Assembly: GCA_963724295.1 (NCBI GenBank)
Contig: CAVRUC010000004.1
Coordinates: forward strand, 96,001-160,000
DNA from: an uncultured Chloroflexia bacterium
Lineage (GTDB): Bacteria; Chloroflexota; Chloroflexia; Thermomicrobiales; UBA6265
Direction of reading: 5' to 3'
DNA: 64,000 nt
The notes below the pieces were generated by a model, which saw only the letters and a program-made list of their open reading frames with translations, made no database searches and had not been told where the DNA came from. Each line of letters opens with the position of its first letter. Position 1 is the stretch's first letter. Shown in pieces: positions 12,444 through 23,769 of this stretch. A program made the position numbers and the translations under genes.

Positions 12444-13808
12444 TTGCCCGCCATCGGCTCGATTCGCGGAGACGCCGCGCCCGTGATTGGTCCAGACCAT
12501 CCAGCCCGAGGATTGATTCGGGCTTCTGACGTAGATCCAGCCACAACCCGGGATCGTGTCGCCCCATATGCCTGGGTCGTCGTCGCGGTCCTCGCCTTCA
12601 CCCTCACCATCGCCTCCGGCGCGCGGTTCCTCTTCGGCGTCGTGCTCAAGCCGATCTCGGAGGAGTTCGGCTGGAACCGCGCGCAGCTCACCGGTGCGGT
12701 CATGCTCGCCATGATCGTGCTCTCCATCTGCCAGCCGCTCGTCGGCCTGTTGGTGGACCGCATCGGAGCGAAGAAGATCCTCGTCGGCGGGATCGCGCTC
12801 CTCGGTGTCTCGCTGATTCCCTTTGCCTTCGCGACCAGTCTCTGGCAGATCTACGTCCTGTACGGAGTGCTGATCTCGTTGGGGCTGGCCGCGGCCTCGC
12901 CGGTCCTGACCACCTCGATCGTCGGCCGCTGGTTCACCCACAATCGCGGTCTGGCCATGTCGGTGGCCACGTCCGGCTCGGCCTTCGGTCAGCTCCTGAT
13001 CGTGCCGGTAGCTACCTGGATCATGCTGGCGACCTCGTGGCAAACGACGTACCAGGTTCTCGCGGTGGCGCTACTGGCTGTCGCCCTGCCAATCAGCGCC
13101 ATCTTCTTGCGAGACGCGCCGCCCGCGGCTGTGGCCGCGGGCGAGGCCCCAGCGCCGGAGGAGGGCCTGACGCTGCGGGAGGCCGTCGCGCACCCCGCAT
13201 TCTGGATCCTGGCGTTCGGGTTCGTCGTCTGCGGCTGGACGATGGCCTTCCCCAACACCCACTTTCTGGCCTACGCCGACGACATGGGGATGTCGGTCCT
13301 GCACGCGGCCAATACCATCTCCGTCACCGCAATCTTCAGCATTTTGGGCAGTGTCCTGCTTGGTCTGGCCGCGGATCGATTCCGGCGCACGTCGGTGTTG
13401 GCACTGACCTATGCGCTGCGCGGCCTGGCGTTCCTGCTCCTGTTCTGGCTGCCAGCCGGGAACCTCCTCTACGTCTACGGCCTCGTCCTCGGCATCTCGT
13501 GGACTGCCACAACCCCACTCACCGCCGCCATCGCCGCCGACCGCTACGGTCCGAAGCATCTCGGTTTTATTTTTGGCTCCCTCTTCACCTTCATGAATCT
13601 CGGTTTTGGCTTCGGATCTCTCCTGGGCGGGGTGATCTTCGAGATGACTGGCGGCTACCAGCTGGCCTTGATCGTCAACGTCGCGCTCGGGCTCGCGGCG
13701 ACCGTCCTTGTGTTCCTCGTGCCGCACCTCGGGCACGAGCGCCAACGGCGACTCTCGCCCACGACAACGCCAGAATCCAGGTCGATCCCCGCCCGCGCCA
13801 CCGGCTGA
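12444..13808 (+). CDS. MFS transporter
   Basis: About 12 TM helices; motif A GLLVDRIGAK and repeat GLAADRFRR; start uncertain. Confidence 0.9.
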   Translation: MPAIGSIRGDAAPVIGPDHPARGLIRASDVDPATTRDRVAPYAWVVVAVLAFTLTIASGARFLFGVVLKPISEEFGWNRAQLTGAVMLAMIVLSICQPLVGLLVDRIGAKKILVGGIALLGVSLIPFAFATSLWQIYVLYGVLISLGLAAASPVLTTSIVGRWFTHNRGLAMSVATSGSAFGQLLIVPVATWIMLATSWQTTYQVLAVALLAVALPISAIFLRDAPPAAVAAGEAPAPEEGLTLREAVAHPAFWILAFGFVVCGWTMAFPNTHFLAYADDMGMSVLHAANTISVTAIFSILGSVLLGLAADRFRRTSVLALTYALRGLAFLLLFWLPAGNLLYVYGLVLGISWTATTPLTAAIAADRYGPKHLGFIFGSLFTFMNLGFGFGSLLGGVIFEMTGGYQLALIVNVALGLAATVLVFLVPHLGHERQRRLSPTTTPESRSIPARATG

Positions 13809-13928
13809 TTGCCGCGGCACGGGTCTTGCCCACCCCGCAAAGGTGCCGTATGCTCTCGGGTCGAGCCACGTCCGCCGCGCGACGCGGCCATACTCCAGGC
13901 TCCCAACGACGACGCGAAAAGGAGCGCC

Positions 13929-14876
13929 ATGCCGGCGATGCGGGATTTCTTCCAGCGCCGGGGCAAGTTTCGTCCCGAACAAGCGGACGAGGAGCGCGCC
14001 GATCTTCAGATCCCGGAGGATCTGTGGATCAAATGCCCTAGCTGCGGCGAGCTGATCTACTCGCGCGAGCTCGAACGCAGCTCACAGGTCTGCCCGAAAT
14101 GTTCCTACCACTTCCGGTTGCGCGCCCGCGAGCGCATTGCCCAGTTGAGCGACCCCGGCTCATTCGTCGAGCTCCATGCTGACGTCCAGCCCGAAGATCC
14201 GCTCGGCTTTGTCGATGGCGCCGGTTCATACGACCAGAAGCTGGAGCAGACCCAAAACAAGTCCGGCGAGCCCGAGGCCCTCGTCGTCGGCGCGGCCACG
14301 ATCGGCGGCGTGCCGGCGACACTGGCTGTGAGCGACTTCGAGTTCCTCGGCGCCAGCATGGGGTCGGTCTACGGCGAGAAGCTCGTTCGCGCTGTCGAAT
14401 CGGCTGCCGACCGCGGGACGCCGCTGATTACGGTTTCCTCGTCCGGCGGCGCCCGCATGCATGAAGGTCTTTTCTCGCTCATGCAGATGGCCAAGACCGT
14501 CGCCGCCCTGGCGCGGCTGGGACGGGCGGGCGTGCCGCACATCGCCCTGCTCGCGGATCCCTGCTACGGGGGCGTGACGGCGTCCTACGCCACGGTCGCC
14601 GACGTGGTGCTGTCCGAGCCCGGCGCCCTTATCGGATTTGCCGGTCCCAGGGTCATCGAGCAGATCACGCGCCAGAAGCTCCCCGCGGGATTTCAGACCG
14701 CCGAGTTTCTGCTCGCGCACGGCATGATCGACATGATCGTGCCCCGGGCAGAGCTTACGCCCACCCTTGCCACTCTGGTCCGGCACTACGTGCGGCCAGC
14801 ACGCGAGCTGCCGCGGGATGGCGAGGTGGAGATTCCCCGGTCGCTCCCTGAACCGGCGGTGGCCGGCGATGACTGA
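13929..14876 (+). CDS. accD: Acetyl-CoA carboxylase carboxyltransferase beta subunit
   Basis: LWIKCPSC...CPKC zinc finger, [30 protein letters not shown] after GGAG. Confidence 0.97.
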   Translation: MPAMRDFFQRRGKFRPEQADEERADLQIPEDLWIKCPSCGELIYSRELERSSQVCPKCSYHFRLRARERIAQLSDPGSFVELHADVQPEDPLGFVDGAGSYDQKLEQTQNKSGEPEALVVGAATIGGVPATLAVSDFEFLGASMGSVYGEKLVRAVESAADRGTPLITVSSSGGARMHEGLFSLMQMAKTVAALARLGRAGVPHIALLADPCYGGVTASYATVADVVLSEPGALIGFAGPRVIEQITRQKLPAGFQTAEFLLAHGMIDMIVPRAELTPTLATLVRHYVRPARELPRDGEVEIPRSLPEPAVAGDD

Positions 14877-15774
14877 GACGGCCACCGTGGTCAGCTCCAC
14901 CGGGGTAGGGACCGTGTCGGCCTGGGAGCGCGTCAAACTGGCGCGCCATGCCGAGCGGCCGCATGCCCTGGCCTACCTCAATGCCCTGATGACTGATTGG
15001 GTCGAGCTCCATGGCGACCGCTCCTTTGGCGACGATCTCGCGCTGATCGGCGGGCTGGCGTCGTTCGACGATCAGACGGTGATGGTCCTCGGGCACCAAA
15101 AAGGGAACGACACCAAGGAGAACATCACCCGCAACTTCGGCATGGCTCGGCCGGAGGGGTACCGCAAAGCCGAACGGTTGATGCGGCATGCTGAGAAGTT
15201 TGGATTTCCGGTAATCACGTTTATCGACACCCCCGGGGCGGAACCCGGCATTGGTTCGGAGGAGCGTGGTCAGGCGACGGCGATCGCGGAGAGCCTGCTG
15301 ACCATGGCAGACCTGGGGGTGCCGACGATCGCCGTTGTCATCGGCGAGGGTGGCTCGGGTGGCGCGCTGGCTATCGGCGTCGCCGATCGCATTCTGATGC
15401 TCGAGAACGCGATCTACGCCGTCGCTTCTCCGGAAGCCTGTGCGGCCATCCTCTGGAAAGACGCCGCGCGCGCCGCCGAAGCAGCTGAGACGATGCGCAT
15501 TACCGCGGCCGATCTGGCTGGGTTCGGTATCGTCGACGAGGTCATCGCCGAACCTGTGCCCGCCCACGAGCAGCCGAAGGAGGCGATCCGGGCTACTGGC
15601 GAGGTCATCGCCCGCCATCTGCGAGAGCTCGTTCGCGAGTTTCCACGGGGCGACGCCGGCGCGATCGAGCGTTTGCGCGCTGCTCGGCACGATCGATTCC
15701 GTCGCATCGGGGCCTGGCGAGAGACCGCGCCGGGCGCGAATGGGCTCGACGCCGCGCCTGTCCCTCCGCGCTAG
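14869..15774 (+). CDS. accA: Acetyl-CoA carboxylase carboxyltransferase alpha subunit
   Basis: [36 protein letters not shown]; overlaps the accD stop. Confidence 0.97.
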   Translation: MTETATVVSSTGVGTVSAWERVKLARHAERPHALAYLNALMTDWVELHGDRSFGDDLALIGGLASFDDQTVMVLGHQKGNDTKENITRNFGMARPEGYRKAERLMRHAEKFGFPVITFIDTPGAEPGIGSEERGQATAIAESLLTMADLGVPTIAVVIGEGGSGGALAIGVADRILMLENAIYAVASPEACAAILWKDAARAAEAAETMRITAADLAGFGIVDEVIAEPVPAHEQPKEAIRATGEVIARHLRELVREFPRGDAGAIERLRAARHDRFRRIGAWRETAPGANGLDAAPVPPR

Positions 15775-16451
15775 ACCGCCTCCTCGGCGCCGAGATCGAT
15801 CCAGCCATGACGCAGTGCGTAGATGACGGCCTGCGTGCGGTCGTTGACCTGCAGCTTGCGCAAGATGGAGGTGATGTTGTTCTTGACCGTTTGGTCCGAG
15901 ATGGACAGGATGCTGGAGATCTCCTTGTTGCTCAGGCCCTGCGAGACGAAGCCCAGGATCTCGATCTCACGCGGGCTCAATGGCGAGTAATCCTCGCTCT
16001 CCAGGGCGTCACGCCGACTGGCGGAGCGGACTTCGTCCAGCAGCCGAGCAGATATAAAGGACGGCGTCGACGCTTCCATCTCCGGCGCCGCAACATAGCG
16101 AATGAGGCGCACCAGCTCGTCGATCTCGATCGCCTTGGCGGCAAAAGCATCGGCCCCGCAGCGGATGGCGGCGAAAAGGTGCCCGTCGTCCTCGTGCATG
16201 GTCAGAATCACGATGGCGGTCCGGGGATGCCGGCGCTTGACCGCGCGCGCGACGTCGAAACCCGACATCGTCGGCAGGCTGATGTCGAGGAGGACTACGT
16301 CCGGTGCGAATTGGTCCGCCGCGTGAATCGCCGTCGGCCCGTCGGCCGCCTCGGCGACCACAAGGAGATCTCGCTCCCCTTCCAGACTCATGCGAATCCC
16401 CCGCCGGAAGAGCGGGTGGTCGTCGACGACGAGAATCCCGATCCGGTTCAT
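15771..16451 (-). CDS. NarL/DegU-family response regulator (REC + LuxR HTH)
   Basis: [18 protein letters not shown] (phospho-Asp), LSPREIEIL...NKEI...TVKN. Confidence 0.93.
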   Translation of the reverse strand: MNRIGILVVDDHPLFRRGIRMSLEGERDLLVVAEAADGPTAIHAADQFAPDVVLLDISLPTMSGFDVARAVKRRHPRTAIVILTMHEDDGHLFAAIRCGADAFAAKAIEIDELVRLIRYVAAPEMEASTPSFISARLLDEVRSASRRDALESEDYSPLSPREIEILGFVSQGLSNKEISSILSISDQTVKNNITSILRKLQVNDRTQAVIYALRHGWIDLGAEEAV

Positions 16452-16476
16452 CCCTCACGCTCCTTCGCGTTCACGT

Positions 16477-17205
16477 TCAACCTCTCTCACTTCCCGGCGG
16501 CGACGGCCAGACCAGCGGCAAGGGCAACATCACCGCGATTCGCGTCCCGGCGCCGGGCGCCGACTCGACCCGCAGCGTGCCCCCCAGAAGCTCCGCTCGC
16601 TCACGCATGCCAGGCAATCCGTCGCCTCTGCTGGACCAGCCAATCTCCGGCTCCCACAAGAAGCCACGTCCATCGTCGACAACAAGCAACTCCGCGACAC
16701 CTGGCCTCACCGCGAGCGACACCCGGACGCGGCTTGCCACGCCATGCCGACGGGCATTGCTGACCGCCTCCTGCGCGATGCGGAAGAGCGCGAGCTCGAC
16801 GTCTGCCGGCAATCGCTCTCCCCCGCCGATACCCTCGGTCTCGATCGATACCTCCGTCCCCCACAACGGTGGCATGGCGGCCAGCCCGTTCAGAGCGGCG
16901 ACGAGCCCGCGCTCCTCCAGGAGACGCGGCCGCAGCCCGGCCATCAGCGCCCGCACGTCGTCGAGCGCATCGCGCACCATCGCCCGCGCGGCGAGGAGCT
17001 CCTCGCGCGCTGTCGACGACGCGCGATCGAGCGCGCTGACCGCGAGATCGACTCCGAACAACGCCGCCGCCAACGACTGCGCCGGACCATCGTGGAGGTC
17101 GCGCGCCAGACTTCGCCGCTCCACTTCGCGGGCGCTGGGCGGACTGTCCGCGGTGGCGGACGGCCGGTCGTGCATCGCCGGCTTCACGCGCCTCCCGGCT
17201 GCCAT
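16477..17205 (-). CDS. Cytoplasmic histidine kinase (HisKA_3 + HATPase), no sensor domain
   Basis: ERRSLARDLHDGPAQ (H box), QEAVSNARRH (N box), DDGRGF, GLPGMRERA; no TM segments. Confidence 0.88.
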   Translation of the reverse strand: MAAGRRVKPAMHDRPSATADSPPSAREVERRSLARDLHDGPAQSLAAALFGVDLAVSALDRASSTAREELLAARAMVRDALDDVRALMAGLRPRLLEERGLVAALNGLAAMPPLWGTEVSIETEGIGGGERLPADVELALFRIAQEAVSNARRHGVASRVRVSLAVRPGVAELLVVDDGRGFLWEPEIGWSSRGDGLPGMRERAELLGGTLRVESAPGAGTRIAVMLPLPLVWPSPPGSERG

Positions 17206-17228
17206 CGCCGATCAGGCTCCTCCAGATC

Positions 17229-17268
17229 ACAAAAGACCGCCGCCCCACGGGGTGTGGAGCGGCGGGTC
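17229..17268 (-). terminator. Intrinsic terminator-like hairpin
   Basis: Minus strand GACCCGCCGC-TCCACACCCCGTGGG-GCGGCGGTC followed by TTTTGT. Confidence 0.6.
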
Positions 17269-17318
17269 CATACGCGAAGTATACGGATCAGGGGGGTGTA
17301 CGTACAGTCCTTTCCTGG

Positions 17319-18138
17319 TCAGCCGGCGGGCGGCAGGTGGAACGAGAAGCGCCCAAACTCGTGGTCCGCGGTGCGATACCCGTAGAGGTTGCCATGCCCG
17401 TCGGGCGGTCGCCCGGCATAGACCGTTTCGTAGGCAGCGCGAATAGCACGCACGTCATCGGGCCCAAGCGGCACGGAATCATGGGCCGGGTAAATCGTGT
17501 CGACGTCGGCGACGATCTCCTCGGCGAGACAGAGTGACTGGCGAAATGCGGCCGGGTCACTTCCCGGAAAGAAGAGGAGCATTCGCCCCAGGTAGAGAAG
17601 ATCACCGACGAAGAACACTCGCGCCTCGCGGTCGAGAAAGGAGACGCCACCCGGCGAGTGACCCGGGGTGTGAAAGATCTCCAGAACGCGGTCGCCGAGG
17701 TCGATGCGGTCTCCATGCCGTAACGACCCGGTCGGCACGCAACCGGGAATACCAGAGCTGGGATCGAAGTCGCTGGGAAGCCGGGCCGGATCCACCGATT
17801 CGGGTGAGAACTGCGCGGCGAAGCGATCAGCCGGATACCCGGCGCGAAGCTTCTCGGCCTCGGACGGGTGAACGAGCACGTCGTCGAAACGGAAGCTGGC
17901 GCCGATGTGGTCCCAGTCCGCGTGCGTCTGCAGGACGCGAGGGACGCCGCGGGGAGAGCGAGGCAACGAGACCGGCGAAGTCCCCGGCGCCCGTCCCCGT
18001 GTCCAGCACCGCAACGTCCCGGCTACCTTCGATCAGGTAGCTCTTGACATCTTCGCGATGATGCGGCTCCCGGATCATGGTCACCGCGTGCGGAAATCGC
18101 CGTACCTCGAACCATCCTCGATCTGTCACCTCATTCAC
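17319..18138 (-). CDS. MBL-fold metallo-hydrolase (frameshift near 17945)
   Basis: SYLIEG...LDTG in one frame, THADWDHIG, HTPGHSPG, GDL, PAH in the next. Confidence 0.82.
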
Positions 18139-18201
18139 GCTCGCTACCACGCCCCAGCAACCGGCTCCCAATCCCGTCGGTTGTGCTCAGTCGTTCCTCG
18201 A

Positions 18202-20019
18202 TCATGGCTCTCCTGTCACCGCCGTCTCCTCGTCCAGCCGTCCCACCAGACCGGCCAGCTCCTCGTCGTCGAGCTTGCGGAACAGCGGCTGTGGCGGCGG
18301 TAGGGCTCGCCCGGCCGGCAGCTCGCGGAACGCCCAGGGCAGCGCGTGCACATCGTCCTCATCGCCGAGGTACTCGTGCAGCTGTTGCGCCGAGAACGGC
18401 AGATAGGGAGCGGTCAGCACCCGCAGCGCGCTCACCACCTGGAGCGCCGTCCAGAGGGAAGTCGCCGCTCGCTGGGGATCGGTCTTGAGCGTCTTCCAGG
18501 GGGCGGCCTCATCGAGATAGCGGTTCAGCGCGCTGGCCAGCAACATCACCGAGAGCAGCCCGTCGCGCAGGTGGACGGCCTCGATCTGCGCGCCGACTGT
18601 TTCGAATGTCGCTCGCGCTCGCTCCAGCATGGCCTCATCCGCTGCTGACAGCGGGCCAGGTTGCGGCACGACCCCACCGAAGCGCGACTGCGTGAACGAC
18701 AGCAGCCGGTGGACGGCGTTGCCGTAGGTCGCGACCAGCTCGTCGTTGTTCCGGCGCTGGAACTCGTCCCAGGAGAAGTCGGTATCGCGGCTCTCGGGAG
18801 CGTTGATGGTCAGGAAGAACCGGATCGCGTCGGCATCGAAGAGATCGAGCGCTTCCGGGAGGAACGGCAGCCGCGAGGTATACGTCCGCGACGACGACAG
18901 CTTCTGCCCGTCGAGGGTCAGGAACTCGTTGGCCGGTACATCAAAGGGCAGGGCGAGACCGCCGTAGCCCATCAGCATGGCCGGCCAGATGATGGCGTGG
19001 AAGGGGGTGTTGTCCTTACCCACGAAGTAATACGACCGGCCGGGCGGGTTTCCTTCCTCGTCCAGGACCCACCACCGCTTCCAGGCGTCCGGATCACCCC
19101 GCAGCTCGGCCCACTCCATCGACGCCGAGAGATACCCGATCACGGCGTCGAACCAGACGTAGATGCGCTTGTCGTCGAACCCCTCCAGCGGAATGGGCAC
19201 GCCCCAGTCGAGATCGCGAGTGATGGCGCGCGGTCGCAGTCCCTCCTTCAGCCAGCCCTGGACGAACCCCAGCACGGCCGGGCGCCAGTGGCCAGATTCC
19301 GCGTCCACCCAGCTCTGCAGGCGATCCTGGAATTGCGGGAGATCGAGGAAGAAGTGCGTGGTGTCGCGCGTCTCCGGCGTGGCGCCGGAGAGCTTCGAGC
19401 GCGGATCGATGAGGTCCGTGGGGTCGAGCGTTCGTCCGCAGTTGTCGCACTGGTCTCCCCGGGCATCCTCATAGCCACAGTGCGGGCAGGTGCCTTCGAC
19501 GTAGCGATCGGGGAGAAAACGCTGCGCTTCCGGGTCATACATGGCCGGCTGCGTGTCCTGGTAGAGGTAGCCCTGCTCCAGCAACCGCGTGAAGAAATCC
19601 TGCGTTGCTTTGTAATGGATGGGTGTCAACGTGGTGGTGTAGAGATCGTAGCTGAGACCGAGACGGCGGAAGCTCTCGGCGATGCCGAGATGATTGGTCT
19701 CCGCCAGCTCACGCGCGCTCACCCCCAGCTTGTCAGCGGCGACCGTAATCGGGGTGCCGTGCATATCGGACCCGGAGACCATCAGGACGTGGTCGCCGAC
19801 CATGCGGTGGTAGCGGGCGAAGATGTCGGGTGGCACGTACGCCCCGGCGGCATGTCCCAGGTGACGGGGACCACTCGCGTACGGCCACGCGACGCCGACC
19901 AGAATGTACGCGGGGTGGCGGGGTGGCGAGGTTGCGGGGTCGCGGGACGATGGTTCTTCCAGCGCCCCAGTCACCCCGCTACCCCGCGACCCGCGTCCTA
20001 CTTTCGACTCACGACTCAC
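18202..20019 (-). CDS. metG: Methionine--tRNA ligase (start uncertain; N-terminal ~35 aa derive from tandem repeats)
   Basis: AWPYASGPRHLGH (HIGH-like), GSDMHG, CPHC...CDNC knuckle, YVWFDA, KLSSS (KMSKS-like). Confidence 0.96.
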   Translation of the reverse strand: MSRESKVGRGSRGSGVTGALEEPSSRDPATSPPRHPAYILVGVAWPYASGPRHLGHAAGAYVPPDIFARYHRMVGDHVLMVSGSDMHGTPITVAADKLGVSARELAETNHLGIAESFRRLGLSYDLYTTTLTPIHYKATQDFFTRLLEQGYLYQDTQPAMYDPEAQRFLPDRYVEGTCPHCGYEDARGDQCDNCGRTLDPTDLIDPRSKLSGATPETRDTTHFFLDLPQFQDRLQSWVDAESGHWRPAVLGFVQGWLKEGLRPRAITRDLDWGVPIPLEGFDDKRIYVWFDAVIGYLSASMEWAELRGDPDAWKRWWVLDEEGNPPGRSYYFVGKDNTPFHAIIWPAMLMGYGGLALPFDVPANEFLTLDGQKLSSSRTYTSRLPFLPEALDLFDADAIRFFLTINAPESRDTDFSWDEFQRRNNDELVATYGNAVHRLLSFTQSRFGGVVPQPGPLSAADEAMLERARATFETVGAQIEAVHLRDGLLSVMLLASALNRYLDEAAPWKTLKTDPQRAATSLWTALQVVSALRVLTAPYLPFSAQQLHEYLGDEDDVHALPWAFRELPAGRALPPPQPLFRKLDDEELAGLVGRLDEETAVTGEP

Positions 20020-20033
20020 GACTCACCGACTCA
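19910..20033. repeat. Junction micro-arrays: (GCGGGGTN)x5, reverse-complement (NACCCCGC)x3, (CGACTCA)x4
   Basis: Read directly at 19910-19949, 19972-19995 and 20005-20033. Confidence 0.85.
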
Positions 20034-20849
20034 CAATACCGGCCTCGTCTCGCGGCGATCCAAACGTCCAACACATCACGCACATTGTGCCAAGTATCCC
20101 GAGCCGGTCGCACCTTGCTCCCCTCGCCATAGCGCCAGACGACAGGCACCGGGCAGATGCGATACCCATTCAGCCGCGCGATGGTCAGCAGCTCGACGTC
20201 GAATGCCGTCACGCGCGGTCCGGCGACGGTCTGCCCCGCATCCCGGTAGAGCCGGGAGCGGAGCAACAGATTCGCGGGCGACTTCAGCGCGAAAGAGCTT
20301 GAACCCGCACTGCGTATCGTGCACGCCCGGGATGAGAAGCAGGCGCACCAGCCCGTTGAATACCCGTCCCATCAGGTGGCGATAGCTTGGCTCCCCGACC
20401 CGCCTCGCTCCGGCACCTTCTCGCGACCCGATCGCGACGTCGCAGCCCGCTGCCAGCGCGGCGCGCAGTTCGGTAAGGTATGAGAGCGGGGTGGCGAGGT
20501 CGGCGTCCGTGAAGGCGATCTGATCGCAGGTTGCCGCCTGCATTCCGGCTCGCACCGCCGCGGCTTTGCCCCCGTGGGCGATCCGTAGCATTCGACCCCG
20601 CCCGAGCTCCGAAAGGGCGCGATCGGCGAGTTCGGCTGTCGCGTCATCGCTGCCGTCGTCGACCACGATCAGTTCGGTGGCAAATGGCTGGCTGTTCAAC
20701 CAGGCACCGGCTTCCCGGATCGTGACATCGATCCGAGCCGCCTCGTTGTAGGCCGGGATGATCAGTGAAAGCGAAGGATCTGCCTGTCGGGTCGAGTCGG
20801 CGCCCCCTACGATGTTCTGCACCGGCTGGACCGTCGTCGAGTCACCCAC
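20009..20849 (-). CDS. GT2 glycosyltransferase, dolichyl/polyprenyl-phosphate glucosyltransferase-like (frameshift near 20272)
   Basis: IIPAYNE, VVDDGSDD, GKAAAVRAG, FTDADLATP, DTQCGFKLF; C-terminus FDVELL continues in another frame. Confidence 0.87.
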
Positions 20850-21020
20850 GCGGTGGCGAGTCTACCATCGCGACGAAAGGCCCTCCCCCAGCGCTTTCGG
20901 TCAGGCGCCGGGCTCTCGTCGAGCGTGGCGAGGGGTGAAGGGGAGCGCGCGTGGCCGCTGGCAGGGACCATCGAGGTCTGTGGTATGGTCGCCACGGCCC
21001 CGCGCCGCGAACGACGAGTG

Positions 21021-21914
21021 ATGAAGGATAGGTCCATGTGGTTGCTGGGCGCGCATATGTCGGTCGCCGGCGGTCATGCGCTGGCTATCGAACGCGCTAC
21101 GGCGTTCAGCATGACGGCGTGCCAGATCTTTACCAAGAACGCGAACCAGTGGAACGCGAAGCCGATCGCACCCGAGGCCGCGGAGAGCTTCCGCGCCCGG
21201 GTTGAAGCCAGCGAGATCGGCTTCGTCGTGGCGCATGATTCGTATCTGATCAATCTGGCGTCCCCGGACGAAGCCCTCCGGGAACGCTCGATCGCCGCGT
21301 TTGGCGATGAGCTGCAACGCTGCGATCAGCTCGGTGTGCCCTGGCTCGTGACCCACCCCGGCGCCCACATGGGCACGGGGGTCGACGAGGGGGTCGGCCG
21401 CGTCGCCAACGCGTTGAACCGACTCTTCGACGAGCTTCCCGATCTCAATGTGACCGTGCTGCTGGAGACCACCGCCGGACAAGGCACAACCCTGGGCCGC
21501 TCCTTCGAAGAGCTGGCCATGATCCTGGCATTGGTGGAGGATCAGACGCGCGTTGGGGTCTGCTTCGACACCTGTCATGTCTTTGCCGCGGGCTACGACA
21601 TGCGGGATGGCGAGGTCTACACGGCCACGATGCAGGCATTCGACGACACCATCGGTCTGGGCCGGCTGCGCGTCTTCCATCTCAACGATTCGAAGAAGGG
21701 TCTCGGCGCACGGGTGGATCGACACGCCCATATCGGCGACGGCGAACTTGGGACCGAAGCGTTTCGCCTCCTCCTCAACGACGAGCGCTTTGCCGGGCAT
21801 CCTGGCATCCTCGAGACGCCGAAAGGCGACGACGGTGAGGAGGACCGGCGCAATCTGGCCACGCTCGGTGCGCTGGTGAGCGTCGCGGACGCGTCTCTGA
21901 TCGCGACGCCGTGA
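21021..21914 (+). CDS. nfo: Endonuclease IV
   Basis: LGAHMS, QIFTKN, HDSYLINLAS, HPG, LLETTAGQG, CFDTCH, HLNDS, DRHAHIG, ILETP. Confidence 0.96.
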   Translation: MKDRSMWLLGAHMSVAGGHALAIERATAFSMTACQIFTKNANQWNAKPIAPEAAESFRARVEASEIGFVVAHDSYLINLASPDEALRERSIAAFGDELQRCDQLGVPWLVTHPGAHMGTGVDEGVGRVANALNRLFDELPDLNVTVLLETTAGQGTTLGRSFEELAMILALVEDQTRVGVCFDTCHVFAAGYDMRDGEVYTATMQAFDDTIGLGRLRVFHLNDSKKGLGARVDRHAHIGDGELGTEAFRLLLNDERFAGHPGILETPKGDDGEEDRRNLATLGALVSVADASLIATP

Positions 21915-23723
21915 ACGACGAGCGGCGCCGCGGCTGGACGGCTCCGGCGCCGCGCCAACCGGCGCGGCCACGACGCGTGCGACCGCGACGGGCTCCGGCG
22001 CTCCCGGTCCAACACGTCGAGACGCCCAAGGCGGTCGCCACGCTGGCCCGGTGGTCAGCCGGAATAAGCCGCCACCCTGACCGGCTGCGCGCGTCTCTGG
22101 CCGTGGCACTCGCCATCTGCGGGCTGGCCCTGGTGATCCTGGCCACCTGGGCTGACGTGACGATCCACCGCGGAGTCGGCGACGGCGTCACTCCCCTTGT
22201 CGTCCGTCAGTACAGCGGCCGCGACCTGGCCGCAAACGTCGATCTGACCCGCTTCGCGCCCGAGCAACTCTCGTCCGTGACGGCGGGACTCCAGGCCAAC
22301 GGCATCCGCTATGTGCGGCAGAGCTTCTCCTGGGCCGAAATCGAGCCCGCACCCGGGGAATACGCCTGGGAGCGCTACGACGCCATCGTGGAGGCGCTCA
22401 ATCGGCGAGGCATCAGCCCGGTGGCCGTCCTCCACCGCTCGCCGTCGTGGATTCGCTCCCCGGCCGGCGCCGCGGCATTCGACGCCCCACCCGCCGATCT
22501 CACCGCGTACGAGCGGTTCGTCACCGCACTCGCCAGCCGGTACGGGGAGCAAGTGCCCTTCGTTCAACTCTGGGACCTGCCAAACCAGCCAAGCCACTGG
22601 GGCAATGCACCAGCCGACGCTATGGCTTACGTGTCGCTGCTGGCGGTCGGCTCGAATGCCGCGCGAGGCGCCAATCCCAACGCGGTTGTGCTCCTCGCCG
22701 AGCTCGATCCATTCCCCGCCGACGGCGGCGCCGACGACCTGCAGTTCCTGCGACAGGTCTACAACGCCGGCGGCAGCGCGTTCTTCGACATCGTCGCGGC
22801 ACGGGTCGATGGCGGGGACACGCACCCCATATGACCGTGCCGTGCGGCCGGACGAGGCCGCCCTCTCGCGAGTCATCCTCCTGCGCGAGGCGATGACTGC
22901 GGCCGGGGACCCGGCCAAACCGATCTGGGCGACCCACTACGGGTGGGATACGGGCAGGATCGCCGGCAGTGTCGGCGAGACAACCCAGGCCGAGTACGTC
23001 GTCGCCGGTCTGGAGCGGGCCCGCGCTGAGTGGCCGTGGATGGGACCGCTCTTTCAGTGGGGACTCATTCCGGGCGCGGATCTGAGCGGAGGGACCCCCG
23101 CGGAGCGGGCCCTACTCCGCGAAGATGGCTCGACCACGCCGTTGTTCACGGAGCTTGGCGACTTCGCGGCACGCGGGGGCGCGAGCGCGGCGCCGACGGG
23201 TCTGGCTCCGGTCGCGGCGCCCCAGTACGTGTGGGAGGGCAACTGGAACCAGCAGCATCTCGGCGCGGACACGTATCGCACGACGTCCGAGGTGGAGGCG
23301 CGATTCCACCTCCGTTTCGAGGGGACGGGGGTGATTGCCAGAGCCCGCTTGAGCCGGGAGGCAGGCGCCGTCGAGGTGACGATCGACGGCCAGCCGGTCA
23401 ACATCTCGCTGGAGTCATTCCAGGCGGAAGATGTGGATATCCCGCTGGCCCGGAGACTGCCCGATGGCATGCACGACGTCGCCATGCGTCTCACCGCACC
23501 GGGACAGTTGACCGTCGGCGGGCTCGTCGTGGAGCGAGCTGTGCCGATGCAGTGGCCGATTCTGCTCCTGCTCCTGAGTGGAGTCGTCCTGCTCTACCTT
23601 GGCGTATTCGACGGGGCGCTGCTGGTCGCCGAGCGCACCGGGCTGCTGCAGCGCCGGCGCGGCGGCGAGCTCTGGCCGGAGCTGCCGCAGATCCCCGACT
23701 GGCGTCCGCCGCGCCGGGCGTAG
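21911..23723 (+). CDS. Membrane-anchored clan GH-A (GH39/GH5-like) TIM-barrel protein, catalytic Glu residues apparently absent (frameshift near 22820)
   Basis: N-terminal TM; VRQSFSWAEIEP..G.Y.W..YD; QLWDLPN and PIWATHYGW at the catalytic positions; C-terminal beta domain and TM. Confidence 0.7.
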
Positions 23724-23769
23724 CGCCGGACAGCGCTGCCGGCAGGCACCGAACCTATACTCCCCCGAG

